Shown here: in pieces, positions 27,799 to 40,967 of the stretch
How positions within the stretch are numbered: the first letter of the stretch is position 1
Layout: each line of letters begins with the position of its first letter
Origin: Octopus vulgaris
Lineage: Eukaryota
Length of the DNA stretch: 64,000 nucleotides
Reading direction: 5' to 3'
Assembly: GCA_951406725.2 (NCBI GenBank)
Contig: OX597815.1
Coordinates: 25,544,001-25,608,000, forward strand
Program-made: the position numbers and the translations under genes
The notes under the pieces: model-generated
The model's database searches: none
The model's input: only the letters and a program-made list of their open reading frames with translations
Told to the model about the DNA's origin: nothing

Positions 27799-27999
27799 TA
27801 ATCCAAACAAGAAAACACAAAAAAAACACAGCAACGCGAGGACGTGGAACAAATAAAGTATTATTGGACGCTCAGGAAAGAAGGGAAGAAGGAGGGTTTA
27901 ACGTTTCGAGCGGAGCTCTTCGTCGGAAACATAGGAGAAGGAAAGATCCCGAGAAGGGAAGACAGAGGAAAATAAAATCGCTGGTGGTACTCACGAGGT

Positions 28000-28060
<61 letters not shown>

Positions 28061-31000
28061 GTATGTGTGTCTTAGTATCTCTGTTTATCCCCTCACCATT
28101 GCTTAAGAACTGATGCTGGTGTGTTTATGTCCTCAAAACTTAGCGGTTTGGCAAAAGATACTGATAGAATAAGTACTAGGTTTTCAAAGAATAAGTCCTG
28201 GGGGCGATAAAGAATAAATTCTGGGGTCGATTTCTTTTGCTAAAGGCGGTGCTCCAGCATGGCCACAATCAAATAGCTGAAATGTGTAAAAGAGTAATCA
28301 TATATAAAAATATGAGAAAAAAAAAAGCATCCCAACATAAATTTATTTTCTTGTCCTCTATTCTTTTCTTCACCTTAAAAGAATCAAGCCTACTCCCGAA
28401 GGTATGGATAGTTCTCCAGCTGCCTTCTACTTGGCTGGAACACCAGATGGTTCACGAATGGGCACTTATATGATCAACACCAGTAAATTTGATGTCAGGT
28501 AAGAATTTATCTTTCTTAATTTCTTTTTGATACTCAGCTATTTATTCCTCATTGTTTAAAGCTTCATATGAAAGTTTACTGGATATTTTTCTAATATATA
28601 TTTCTTTACTGCCCACAAAGGGCTAAACATAGAGGGGACAAACAAGGACAGACAAAAGGATTAAGTCGATTACATCGACCCCAGTGCGTAACTGGTACTT
28701 TATTTATCGACCCCAGTGCGTAACTGGTACTTTATTTATCGACCCCGAAAGGATGAAAGGCAAAGTCGACTTCGGCGGAATTTGAACGAACGGCGAACGA
28801 AATACGGCTACGCATTTCGCCCGGCCTGCTAACGTTTCTGCCAGTTCACTGCCTTCTAATATAAATGTGTTATTGCTACTAAAACTATCTCTGAGAATAA
28901 ATTATATGAAATAGTAAATTAGTATGGGGTAACTACTGTATAGCAAGCACTAGTGTATAAGTGGTAAAAGAACCCCTTTTGGTCATGAAAGTTCCCCTCT
29001 GAGGCACAAGTCTGGGTAATGTTGTTTATGGAAGACCAGCAGGCACCCATGCATACCAGCCTCCCCTCTCCATGCCACTGACATCCAAGGGAGAGACAAG
29101 GGCTGCGATACAGCTTGGCACTAGTGACGTTGAGAGTGAGGGCGCGTGGCTTAGTGGTTAGGGCATTCGGCTCATGATCGTAAGGTTGTGAGTTCGATTC
29201 CCGGCGACACGTTGTGTCCTTGAGCAAGACACTTTATTTCACGTTGCTCCAGTCCACTCAGCTGGCAAAAATGAGTTGTACTTGTATTTCAAAGGGTCAG
29301 CCTTGTCACTCTCTGTGTCACGCTGATTATCCCCGAGAACTACGTTAAGGGTACACGTGTCTGTGGAATGCTCAGCCATTTGCACGTTAATTTCACGAGC
29401 AAGCTGTTCCGTTGATCGTATCAGCTGGGACCCTCGTCGTCGTAACCGGCGGAGTCAAAAAAAAAGTGACGTTGAACTGGAGCAAGGAATAAAGTGTCTT
29501 GCTCAAGAACACAACACACAGCCCGGTCCGTGAATCAAATTCACTGCCTCATGATTGGGAGCCTGACGCTCTAACCACTGAGACATGCACCAGCAAATCT
29601 GAGTCTGTTGCCATGTTTAACCCTTGTTTGTTGCTACTTCACTCTTATTCCACTAAAACATTTGAGAAAAGTGTAAGTCTGAATTATCATTCACAGGAGT
29701 CAGTATGACTAATCACTAATTAACAGATGACCTAGTTTAGAACTGATCAAGTAACTGACTCTATTTATCATACTCATGCTTGAGTATGATAAATTTATCA
29801 TTTCATACTTGAGAGTAATTGTTGCCCCAGAGCAGCCAACTGGCTTCCATGCCAGTGGCACGTAAAAGGGCACCATTCAAGCGTGATCGTTACCAATGTC
29901 ACCTTACTGGCACCTGTGCCGGTGGCATGTGTAAAAAGATTCGAGTGAGGTCATTGCCAGTACTGCCTGACTGGCCCCCAGGCCAGTGGCATGTAAAAAG
30001 CACCCACTACACTCTCGAAGTGGTTGGCATTAGGAAGGGCATCCAGCTGTAGAAACTCTGCCAAATCAAGATTGGAGCCTGGTGTAGTCATCTGGTTCGC
30101 CAGCCCTCAATCAAAATCGTCCAACCCATGCTAGCATGGAAAGCAGACGTTAAACGATGATGATGATGATGTATGATGCATTGGGTGAATAAGCAATTAC
30201 TTTTTAATTGATTGTAGAAGGATGATTTTTTTTTAAAAAAGAAAGATATATTTATTGGTTAATACTATTGATGAATGTTTGCCTATGAATTATTTGAAAA
30301 TTTTGTTTTTATTCTGTTGCGTATTCATTTCCATTTCCCTGGTCAAACAAAAAAAAAGTGTAATTCTTCTTAAAATGTCTGATTATTTTCTTCTAAATAT
30401 ATTTCAAATTTTTTTCTTTGTAGCCCTAAATATGAAATACCTGCCTTATGTTTACATGAAGGAATTCCTGGTCATCATACCCAGGTTAGTTTTATCTAAA
30501 ATTTTCAGATTGGAGAGAAGTTCTAGTAAATCCAACATTCATTGATAATTTGGGAGAATTAGTATCTTAAAGTTAAATATTAACTTAGATATTTTTTGAA
30601 AAATAATTTTATAAGCAACTAGCAGTATCGCCCAGCGTTGCTTGGGTTTGTAAGGGAAATAACTATATAAGCATTTTTAGAGAGTTATAGCCCAAAAATA
30701 GCAAAAAAATGCATTAAAAATGGAAAAAAATTATGGTAAATTTTTTTTTAAATCGTTGACTCATCGTAGACATTTTTAGAGAGTTACTTCCCTTAGCGAA
30801 AAAAATGCATTAAAATGGAAAAAAATGATGGTAAATTTTTTTTTAAATCGTTGACTCATCATAGACATTTTTAGAGAGTTACTTCCCTTAGCGAAAAAAT
30901 GCATTAAAATGGAAAAAAATGATGGTAAATTTTTTTTTAAATCGTAGACGCGTGCTAATACCCAGAAGGGCTCGATATGAATCACGACTATAAGATACCC

Positions 31001-34000
31001 GGTTTTGGTTAAACTGCACCGCAAAATGTGGGAGTAGTTAGGAATCTAAATCGTAGGAGACAGACACACAACCTCTCTTTTATATATAAAGATTATAACT
31101 GAGTCAGATCCTAGTAATGGTATTTTCACAGCACAAGCATCACACCAATTCCTGTAATAACCATACACTTTTTGAACTTAAATCTTGGTATTCATCCCAG
31201 AACCATGAGAAGTAGTTGTGAAGATCTTAATGGCGGTGGTGGTGTTATTGTTGGGTGGTACTTGTGCTGGTGGCATGTATAAAAGGATTCGAGCGAGGTC
31301 GTTGCCAGTACTGCCTGACTGGCCCCTGTGCCAGTGGAATATAAAAAGCACCCACTACACTCTCCGAGTGGTTGGTGTTAGGAAGGGCATCAAGCTGTAG
31401 AAACTCTGCCAAATCAAGACTGGAGCCTGGTGCAGCCATCTGGTTCACCAGCCCTCGGTCAAAATTGTCCAACAATGCTAGCATGGAAGGCGGACGTTAA
31501 ACGATGATGATAATGATGATGATGATGATGACGACAATCTCCAGTTAACTGTGTTGTTGTTGGTGGTAGTGGCTTTGTAGTGCAGCTCCTGTTAACCTTG
31601 ACTGAGCAGGTATATGATGTGTAGATATCAAATTAAATGATTAAATGCAATTCAATACTTTAGTTTTTCCACCTGGTTGATGGAGACATGGGACATAAAT
31701 TCCAAGGGGTAAGAATTGATGGAGTGTATATGTGGGCAACTTAAGTTGGGTGTTCATGTGTCACATATAGTCAAAAGCTTTGATGATATCAGAGACAACA
31801 TCATTGGTGGTGCCCAAATCCTCAAAGGTAAGATAGAGAAAGCAGGTCTGCAGTAGAAACCGTGCTGATGAGCATTAAGAAAGGAAAGAGACTCAAATTA
31901 TAAAGGCAATAGTTGTGTATGACTGTTTTCATCACCTTTGAGATGTTGGAAATAGATTCTTTTGCAGATAGATTCTTTTTATCAAGTTGAGATACACTGT
32001 CACATGTTTTCATATATTGGAGCAGTTGTGCACTGTCTGAAGGTATTAGGTGAAACACCATCAAGACCAATAACCTTGTTGAGTTGGGAGTTAGTGGAAA
32101 ATAAATATCAAATGGAAATTGTAGTAGTAATACCTGTGCTGGCGGCACATAAAAAACACAATCCGATGGTGGTTGATGCCAGCGCTGCCTTGACTGGCTT
32201 CTGTGCCAGTGGCACGTAAAAAGCACCAGCTGATTGTGGCCACTGCCAGCCTCCCCTGGCACCTGTGTCAGTGGCACGTAAAAAGCATCTACTACACTCA
32301 CGGAGTGGTTGGCATTAGGAAGGGCATCAAGCTGTAGAAATACTCCCAGATCAGACTGGAGCCTGGTGCAGCCTTCTGGCTTCCCAGACCCCGGTTGAAC
32401 CGTCTAACTCATGCTAGCACGGAAAACAGACGTTAAACGATGATAATGATGATGATGCATGTGTGCTCATGTTGATAAGATAGATGAGGCCAGGAAGGAG
32501 AGTTTGAGAAGAGTTTTTGTGTAGAGTTGGGAGAGAAAATGGGTGGCTTTTTGTGCAAGAGTGTTAAATACAGAGTCACCTTAGATATGAAGATTCTGAA
32601 AAGCTCATAGAGATCCTCTTAACTAAGAGTCAGATGGTCAAACTGAAACTTGGAAGGTAATAGAATACATAGAAATTTATGATGTGAGTGTAAAAATGTG
32701 ATCCTCGTTTTTACAAGTTAGGAATGTTCTGAAGATGTGTCCCAGCCTACTAAAGAGCAACATTTCTGACTTAATGCAGTTAAGGTTAGGATTAGAAATT
32801 TTAATTAGTGTTGAAAATTATCGTTATCTGAATGACTAATTGTGGTCAGAAAAAGTAGGGGAGACAATTTCAAATTTCAATTTTTCCATACATCATCTTG
32901 TGATGCACCTAGACACATCATCAGTGATGTTTTCTTGGGTCATTATGTGTTTTGGATCATTTGACATCAGACACCTTCTCCTGGGTGACCCGACTGAGGT
33001 TGATCAAGCCTTCAGAGCTTGTGTCCAATTAGCACTATCTCTGGTGACACTACGCCTTCCAGTGCTTGCACCGCCTGATCCACAGTTACCTCTGCTACCT
33101 CCACAGCCATCTCGATGGTTTTTCTGCCTACTGGTTCCTGTGATGCTAAGCATGTTGTAAGTGCAATTAATATATAAACAACAACTATATTGATTGAGTA
33201 TCTTCTCATTACCCTAGGTATGATTTTTGTAAGGTCAGTAATATGGAGATCTGCATTTCTATCTCTTACTCCCTGTTTCTGTTGTACCTGTATTTCAAGG
33301 GGCCGGCCTTGTCACTCTCTGTGTCACGCTGAATATCCCCGAGAACTACGTTAAGGAGGGTGCACGTGTCTGTGGAGTGCTCAGCCACTTACACGTTAAT
33401 TTCACGAGCAGGCTGTTCCGTTGATTCGAATCAACCGGAACCCTCATCGTCGTAACCGACGGAGTGCTTCCACAACTAGAGTTGTTGTTAAGTCTCGACT
33501 CACTTCTGATCAAACAACCCTAGAATCAAAGATATTCTGGTCAAGACCATTCTATCTTTTGTTGCAGGTTTGGTAATCTCTGGATGACAGTAGACAATAT
33601 ATCCTTCCATTTCTAAGAGGGCAGTGTTGAAATCGAAGGAGACTTGGCTATTAATTTCTAGCAACTCTAGCAACTGCACGGATCTCTTATTTGTAACATG
33701 AGTTTTATTAATGCTATTCTGATTTTTCTCCAATTTTATTTTTTTCCCTTCAGGCATCAGCAGCCTTGAAAATAGAAAACTGTCCAGCATTTCGATGCTT
33801 CATGCAGGATATGAAATATTATCTTGCACCTTCTCGCTTTCTGCTTCATACTGCTTATATGGAAGTAAGTAATTTTTTTGTTAGTTTTTATTTTTGATAT
33901 ATTTGGAGATATTTACTTTCATTTGAAATCGATCAGAATCGATCAACATCAATGGAAATTGTAGCTGTGATACCAGTGCCGGTGGCACGTAAGCGAACCA

Positions 34001-34333
34001 TCCGAATGTGGCTGTTGCCAGCCTTGCTTGGCCCCCGTGCTGGTGGCACGTAAAAAGCACCATCCGATCGTGGCCATTGCCAGCCTCGCCTGGCCCCCGT
34101 GCTGGTGGCACGTTAAAAGCACCATCCAACGGTGGCCGTTTGCCAGCCCCGTCTGGCACCAGTGCCAGTGGCACATAAAAAGCACCCACTACACTCACGG
34201 AGTGCTTGGTGTTAGGAAGGGCATCCAGCTGTAGAAACACTGCCAGATCAGACTGGAGCCTGGTGCAGCCTCCTGGCTTCCCAGACCCCGGTTGAACCGT
34301 CCAACCCATGCTAGCATGGAAAGCGGACGCTAA

Positions 34334-34366
<33 letters not shown>

Positions 34367-36010
34367 CCTCGAATCATCATTATTTGGAAAATATTAAACT
34401 GCCTAATGTTGTTACACCTGTGTGTTAGATTAACAGTCTGACTGTACCTTTGTGTGCATCTGATGTGAGTAATGTATTGATTTGGTAGGTCTAATTGACT
34501 GCTCTGCATGTGTGTGTGTGTGTGAGTGTGTTGTGCATGCATGTATGTGTATGTGAGAGTATGATTGGCATTTAGAACTCACTTACGTATATGTGGTTTG
34601 ACTACATATCCGATGAAGAGATATCTGATGAAGGGATATTATTAATTAATATCCTAGAAACAGCTGTAAGACCTTCTATCTATAAATGCTCTAATATCTA
34701 TACAGCCTTGGTTTTTTATCTTATTATGCAAAAAATTCTTATATATATTTATATATATATATATATATACACAGCACACATATATATGTATGTATATATA
34801 TATGTATTGTGAGTTAGAGGTTGGGAAACCAACTAAGGGATAGTACCTATTCAATATACTGCTGATAGTGTACCCAATTATTCATATATTCTTATATATA
34901 TATATATATATATATCTCACCACCACCGCCTTCTTTAAACCTACGGATTCCCACCTCTATCTCAACTTCTCTTCCTCCCACCCCTTCCACACCAAACGAG
35001 CCATCCCCTACTCCCAGTTCCTCCGCCTCCGACGTTTGTGCAGCCGCGACCAGGATTTCGAGACCCAATCTCAATACCTGGCCCGCATGTTCAGACTCCG
35101 AGGTTACCCACCCACACTCCTCTCTGATGCCCTCACCCGCGCCCGTCGCATCGACCGCACTACCGCCCTGTCTCCTTCCCCCCGCCCACCCCCCAACCGC
35201 ACCCCCTTCCCCCTCCTTTTCCACCCCTCTACCCTACCCCTTCGTCGCAAGATACTACGTGCCTTCCGTCGCCTCCAGCTTGATCCCACCACCCGCCCCA
35301 TTTTCCCTAACCCACCCCTGTCCTCTTTCAAACGAGCCCGCAATCTGCGTGACCTCCTGGTCCACAGCACCCTCTCTCCTTCCCCCTCAGCCCCACACGG
35401 ATCATTCCCTTGCTCTAGATCCCGCTGCAACACTTGCCCCTTCATCACCAACACCACCGCTGTCACCGGCTCCAACCTGCATACTGTACGCATTAGGCAC
35501 TCTTTTACGTGCACCTCGTCTGGCCTTATTTACTGCATTAAATGCAACTTATGCGGGATGCTGTATGTAGGTCAGACGGGACGCCGGTTGTCCGACCGTT
35601 TCACTGAACACTTGAGGGACGTTCGCCTACACTCTTTTTCTCCCGTCGCACGCCACTTCCGCTCGGCCGGCCATTCCCAAGATGACATCTCAGTGTTTGG
35701 TCTCACCCCCCACAATGGTCGCCCACTTTCCAGGCTCCACTTGGAGCAACGCTACATCTTCACCCTACAAACTACCACCCCACACGGACTTAACACAGCC
35801 CCCTCCTCTTGAGATCGTTTTTTTTTTTTTTTTTTTTTTTCGGACACACCACCCACACACACCCACCCACCTACCTCCCACCCACCTACCACCCACACGC
35901 CTGTTCACACACACACATACGTAGACCCATCTACGTACATACATTCACACATTTAATCACACACACTTACAGACACACATGCACATACACACACACATAC
36001 ATACATACAC

Positions 36011-36043
<33 letters not shown>

Positions 36044-39000
36044 GACATACATACACACATACACACACACATACATACGCACATACATACACACACACTC
36101 ACACACACACACCGCACGTACATACTTCACACACACACACATGCACACATACATGTAGGCACATACATACATACATACCCACACATGCACACCCGTACAC
36201 TGAATGCACACACACATACACCTTTTTGCATCCAGGCAGCCCCCCTCTTTTCTGCTTTCCGGTTTTGGCTGATGGACCCTCGGTTCCCGCGTAGCGGGGC
36301 GTTCGAGGGCCTTTGCGCTCGCGCGCCTTGGCGCGCGCTGGGGGCTCGGTCGGCCCCTTTGGGCTTGCGTTGTACTGCTTGTGCGCTGTGTGCGTGAGCG
36401 CGCTTCGTGTGTGGGCTTGCTTCGGATGTGCGCATGCGTATGTTTGCATACATACCCACACACTCGCATGCATCCCTACCCACATACATACACGCACACC
36501 TACTCACACACACACATACACACACACACATACCCGCACACACACACACATACATACATACACACACATACCCACTTCAGACATACACACACACAGACAT
36601 ACACCCATACACCCACACTCACACGCATACACACACACACATACACACGCACACGTACACATACACACACACACACACCTACATACATACATTACACTTG
36701 TATACACACACACTTACATTCATACACACACACACCTACACAGCCATACCCTCACTCAGACACACACATCTACCTACACACACACACAAACACACACTGA
36801 CACACACCCATACATACATACATCTACACACTCACGCCTACACACATACATACACACATACATAAACACACACACATACACATACACACACATACGCACA
36901 CACGCATATACTTATACACATGCACACACACACACATACATACATACACCCATATACATACACACACACATACCTACATACTCCTATACGCACATACATA
37001 CACACAGACATACACACATACACACTCACACAAACATACACACACACATACTTACACACACACTCACCTGCACGCGCACACACATGCATGACAAACACCC
37101 ATACACTCACACTCACATACGCACACACCAACATAAACACGCACACGCACACACACACCTACACTCCCACACACACCTACACTCCCACACACATACACAC
37201 GCACCTACATACACACACGCACGCATACACACGCATACACACATACATTACACACGTACACACACACCTACATACACATGCATACACACACACACACAAA
37301 CATGCACGGACACACCCAGACATACATACATACACCTATATACACACGCCCACACGCCTACATACACACACATATACACACGCCCACACAGCTACATACA
37401 CACACATACATACACACATACACGGACACACCATACATACTTACATACATACACCTATACACACACGCCTACACACCTACACACACACATGCATACACAC
37501 ACACATGTACGCACATACACACACATATACGCACACACATATATACCCACACACATGCACACACACACACATACGCACATACATGCACGCATGCACACGC
37601 GCACACCTACACGCATACACACACACACACGCACGTACACATACATACATACACACACGCATACATACACCCATACACATACATGCATCCTACACACACA
37701 TACATACACACTCACACATACATACACACACACGCACTCACTCACACACCTGTATGTTCGCGCACACACATGCACATACACACACTTCCCCACACCCACA
37801 CGTACATACATACACACTCATACACATCACACACACACACACACACGGACATACATCTATGCACACACATATATACACACCTACTCACATACATTCATTG
37901 GACACACTGCCACCCAGACATACACACAGACACACTCACACATCCACACACACACATACGTACGCGCACACTCGCAGGCGCGCGCGCACACGCGCTTGCG
38001 CCGGTTCGCGCACGCATGCGCGCCGCATGCACCTCGCCCTTGGACCCGACGAGACCTCCCGCCCGTTCCTGGGATGTCGCTTGTCGTTGGGTTTTCCCAC
38101 GCCCGTCTCCGCGGGACCACTCTTCCATCTTCCCCTCCGCTGGAGTCCTTTTCCTTAACCCCCCCCTTTTTTTCGTTACACACACGCGCACACATATACA
38201 CACATTGCTTAAACATATACATTACTCTTACACACATTCAATCTACTCGCCACTAATACTACCACGACACTGGACACACACACACACTACTACTCAACAC
38301 ACGCTGGCACGCTACATACGCCCGCACCCCTTCCCCTCCCTCCCTTCCTCCTTCCTCCCTTTTCTTACTACTGACCTTTGTCTGCTATGCTGCTGCTATG
38401 CTGACCACCGTCTCGCCCTACCTCACACGCCTACACACAGACGCACACACTAACACATACATATATTTTTTGTTTTTTTATCTCGCCTCACACACACACA
38501 TACACACACGCACACGCACACACTCACACATACACACACATCTGTTGCGTTACCAACCTTGTCTCCACTCTTTTGCCTTTAAAAACCCACTTTGCTCTTG
38601 TTATCGTAAACATCCGCCTTTCACCATGTGTAACTCCTAACACCAGTCGTTTTTTCTCTATCTCCGTTGCCCGCTCCGGGATCTTTCTTTCCTCTCTCTT
38701 CCTTCTTTATGTTTCCGACGAAGAGCTCCGCTCGAAACGTCATACCTCCCTGCTTCCATTTCCTGAGCGCCTATTAATAATAATACTGTAATTGTTCCAT
38801 TGTTGTTGTTTTTTTGTTTCCCGTTTGGATTAAAATTATATATATATATATATATACAACTTATAAACAAGAGCAAAAGAAAAAATTTCAATGCCAAATA
38901 TGCCAAAATAGACTTAATCGTCAATAACCATATAATTTATCACTAATATAGTATAAAAATTTTTCTTTTGCCCTTGTTTATAAGTTGTTTATAAATTTAA

Positions 39001-40903
39001 CCTTTAAAGGTATTTTTTTAATATGCTGGTCATTGATAACATTTTTTCAAAAATTTTATCCTATATTAGATGTAAATATATATATCGAAATCGAATTGAA
39101 CCAGCCAGGATCCCTGGTCAGGTGGTACGTAAAAAGCACTATCCGACTCGTGGCCGATGCCAGCACCGCCTCGACTGGCTTCCGTGTCGGTGGCACATAA
39201 AATACACCAATCCGACCGTGGCCGTTGCCAGCCTCGCCTGGCACCTGTGCAGGTGGCACGTAAAAAGCACCCACTACACTCACGGAGTGGTTGGCGTTAG
39301 GAAGGGCATCCAGCTGTAGAAACATTGCCAGATTAGACTGGAGCCTGGTGCAGCCTTCTGGCTTCCCAGATCCCCGGTCGAACCGTCCAACCCATGCTAG
39401 CATGGAGAACAGACGTTAAACGATGATGATGATGATGATGATATATATATATATATATATTTATTTATTTATTTTTCTTTTGACAGGGTTGGGGCCTTTA
39501 CTGTGAAGCACTTGGAAAAGAGATGGGATTGTATACAGATAACTATAAACTGTAAGTAAATGTGAACACAATACAGTTTGATGTTCTTTTTAATGCTGTT
39601 TCAATATTAAAAAAAAACATATTATAAAGGAAAACACTTGAGAAATTTAAACTATTAATTCATCATTTACTTTTGGAAATAGTATTTTTACGTCTGTATT
39701 GTATCTTAAAAGCTATATACTTGTATAAATTTAATACTTTTAGGTTGGGCCGTTACAATTTTGAAATGCACCGAGCATGTCGCCTTGTGGTTGATACAGG
39801 AATTCATGCCATGAGGTAAGTCTGTCGTCAAGAATTTCTTTATTTTCTGATGTAGTTAAAAATTTTAAAAAATAAGGTGTGTTTAAAAACATCAAATATT
39901 TTATTGATTTTTAAGGATATGAAGACAGTGAAAGCCTATGCTGTGGGCAGCCTGGTGTGCTTTTGATCAGGTGTCAGATGATGTGGCATCCACCTTGTAG
40001 AAACGTTCATCATGCCAAGTTCAGAATGCAGAATATTCTCAAGTCTCTCAAGGGATATGCTAACAGCATTGGCTATTTGATTCATAGTCAATCACTTGTC
40101 ATCCATCACCATGGGGTGAACACAATCAACGTTTTCCTCATTGGTGATAGTTTAGGTCGTCTTAGGTCATCTTCAAGACTCCCTTCTCTCCTAAATTCAG
40201 CTGCCTACTTTTGCAGTGTTGATAAAGCTGGAGCATCATCCCCTAATGTAGCCACCTTGTCAGCATGAATGTTCTTGGGGGCTAAACCCTTTTTCTGCAA
40301 GTACTTGATAACACCATGATGCCAAATTTTTGTCCATTTTCAAGAGAAGTAGCTATCAGTTACTTTTGAAGTCTTATTTGAACAGTCAGATGTCAGTTTA
40401 GCTGGAAAGAAACACTGCTGTTATTAATAAGAGGTGTTGAAATTAATGTATACAACATTTCACAGCTCTAGCATTACTTGTTCATAGTCAACCTATGAAC
40501 TTTACAGTCCACCTTCGTACATGTTTGGATTGGAGAAGCCCTAAATTCAATTGTGCACAAATGAGAGTATTACCAAAAGAGAAAACAGTATTATTACCAA
40601 CCGAGATGTGGTTATGCTGGATATGCAGAAAAGGAGGAAGTAGAAATTCTATTTTATGTACTCAATGCAGATAATGTGCAGAAAAACAGTACTCTTTTAC
40701 TTGTTTCAGTCATTTTGACTGCGGCCATGCTGGAGCACCACCTATAATCGAGCAACTCGACCCCGGGACTTATTCTTTGTAAGCCCAGTACTTATTCTAT
40801 CGGCCTCTTTTTGCCGAACCGCTAAGTAACGGGGACATAAACACACCAGCATCAGTTGTCAAGCAATGCTAGGGGGACAAACACAGACACACAAACACAC
40901 ACA

Positions 40904-40967
<64 letters not shown>

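Larger units (their letters stand above)
27578..28276 (+). mobile_element. SINE family A with Penelope-like insert in its (TA)n tract
   Basis: Head 27578-27740, (TA)n, insert, (TA)n, then 3' half. Confidence 0.8.
34916..38836 (+). mobile_element. 5'-truncated Penelope-like retroelement (Neptune-like)
   Basis: RT thumb plus GIY-YIG ORF, long CA-rich 3' region and terminal hammerhead motif; (TA)n on both flanks. Confidence 0.85.

Noticed and set aside
29139-29215. tRNA gene (CAT anticodon-like loop)
   Set aside because: The acceptor stem is poor, and the sequence runs into a SINE body with an A tail and TSD, so it is a tRNA-derived SINE head.
29763-29794. Perfect 14-bp hairpin (and the 25-bp palindrome at 1-25)
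   Set aside because: Short, AT-rich and isolated; no supporting context for a function.
36313-38453. Long His/Thr-rich ORFs (647, 412, 391 aa) and antisense Val/Cys ORFs
   Set aside because: They result from stop-poor CA-rich low-complexity sequence, are open in several frames at once and show no domain signal.
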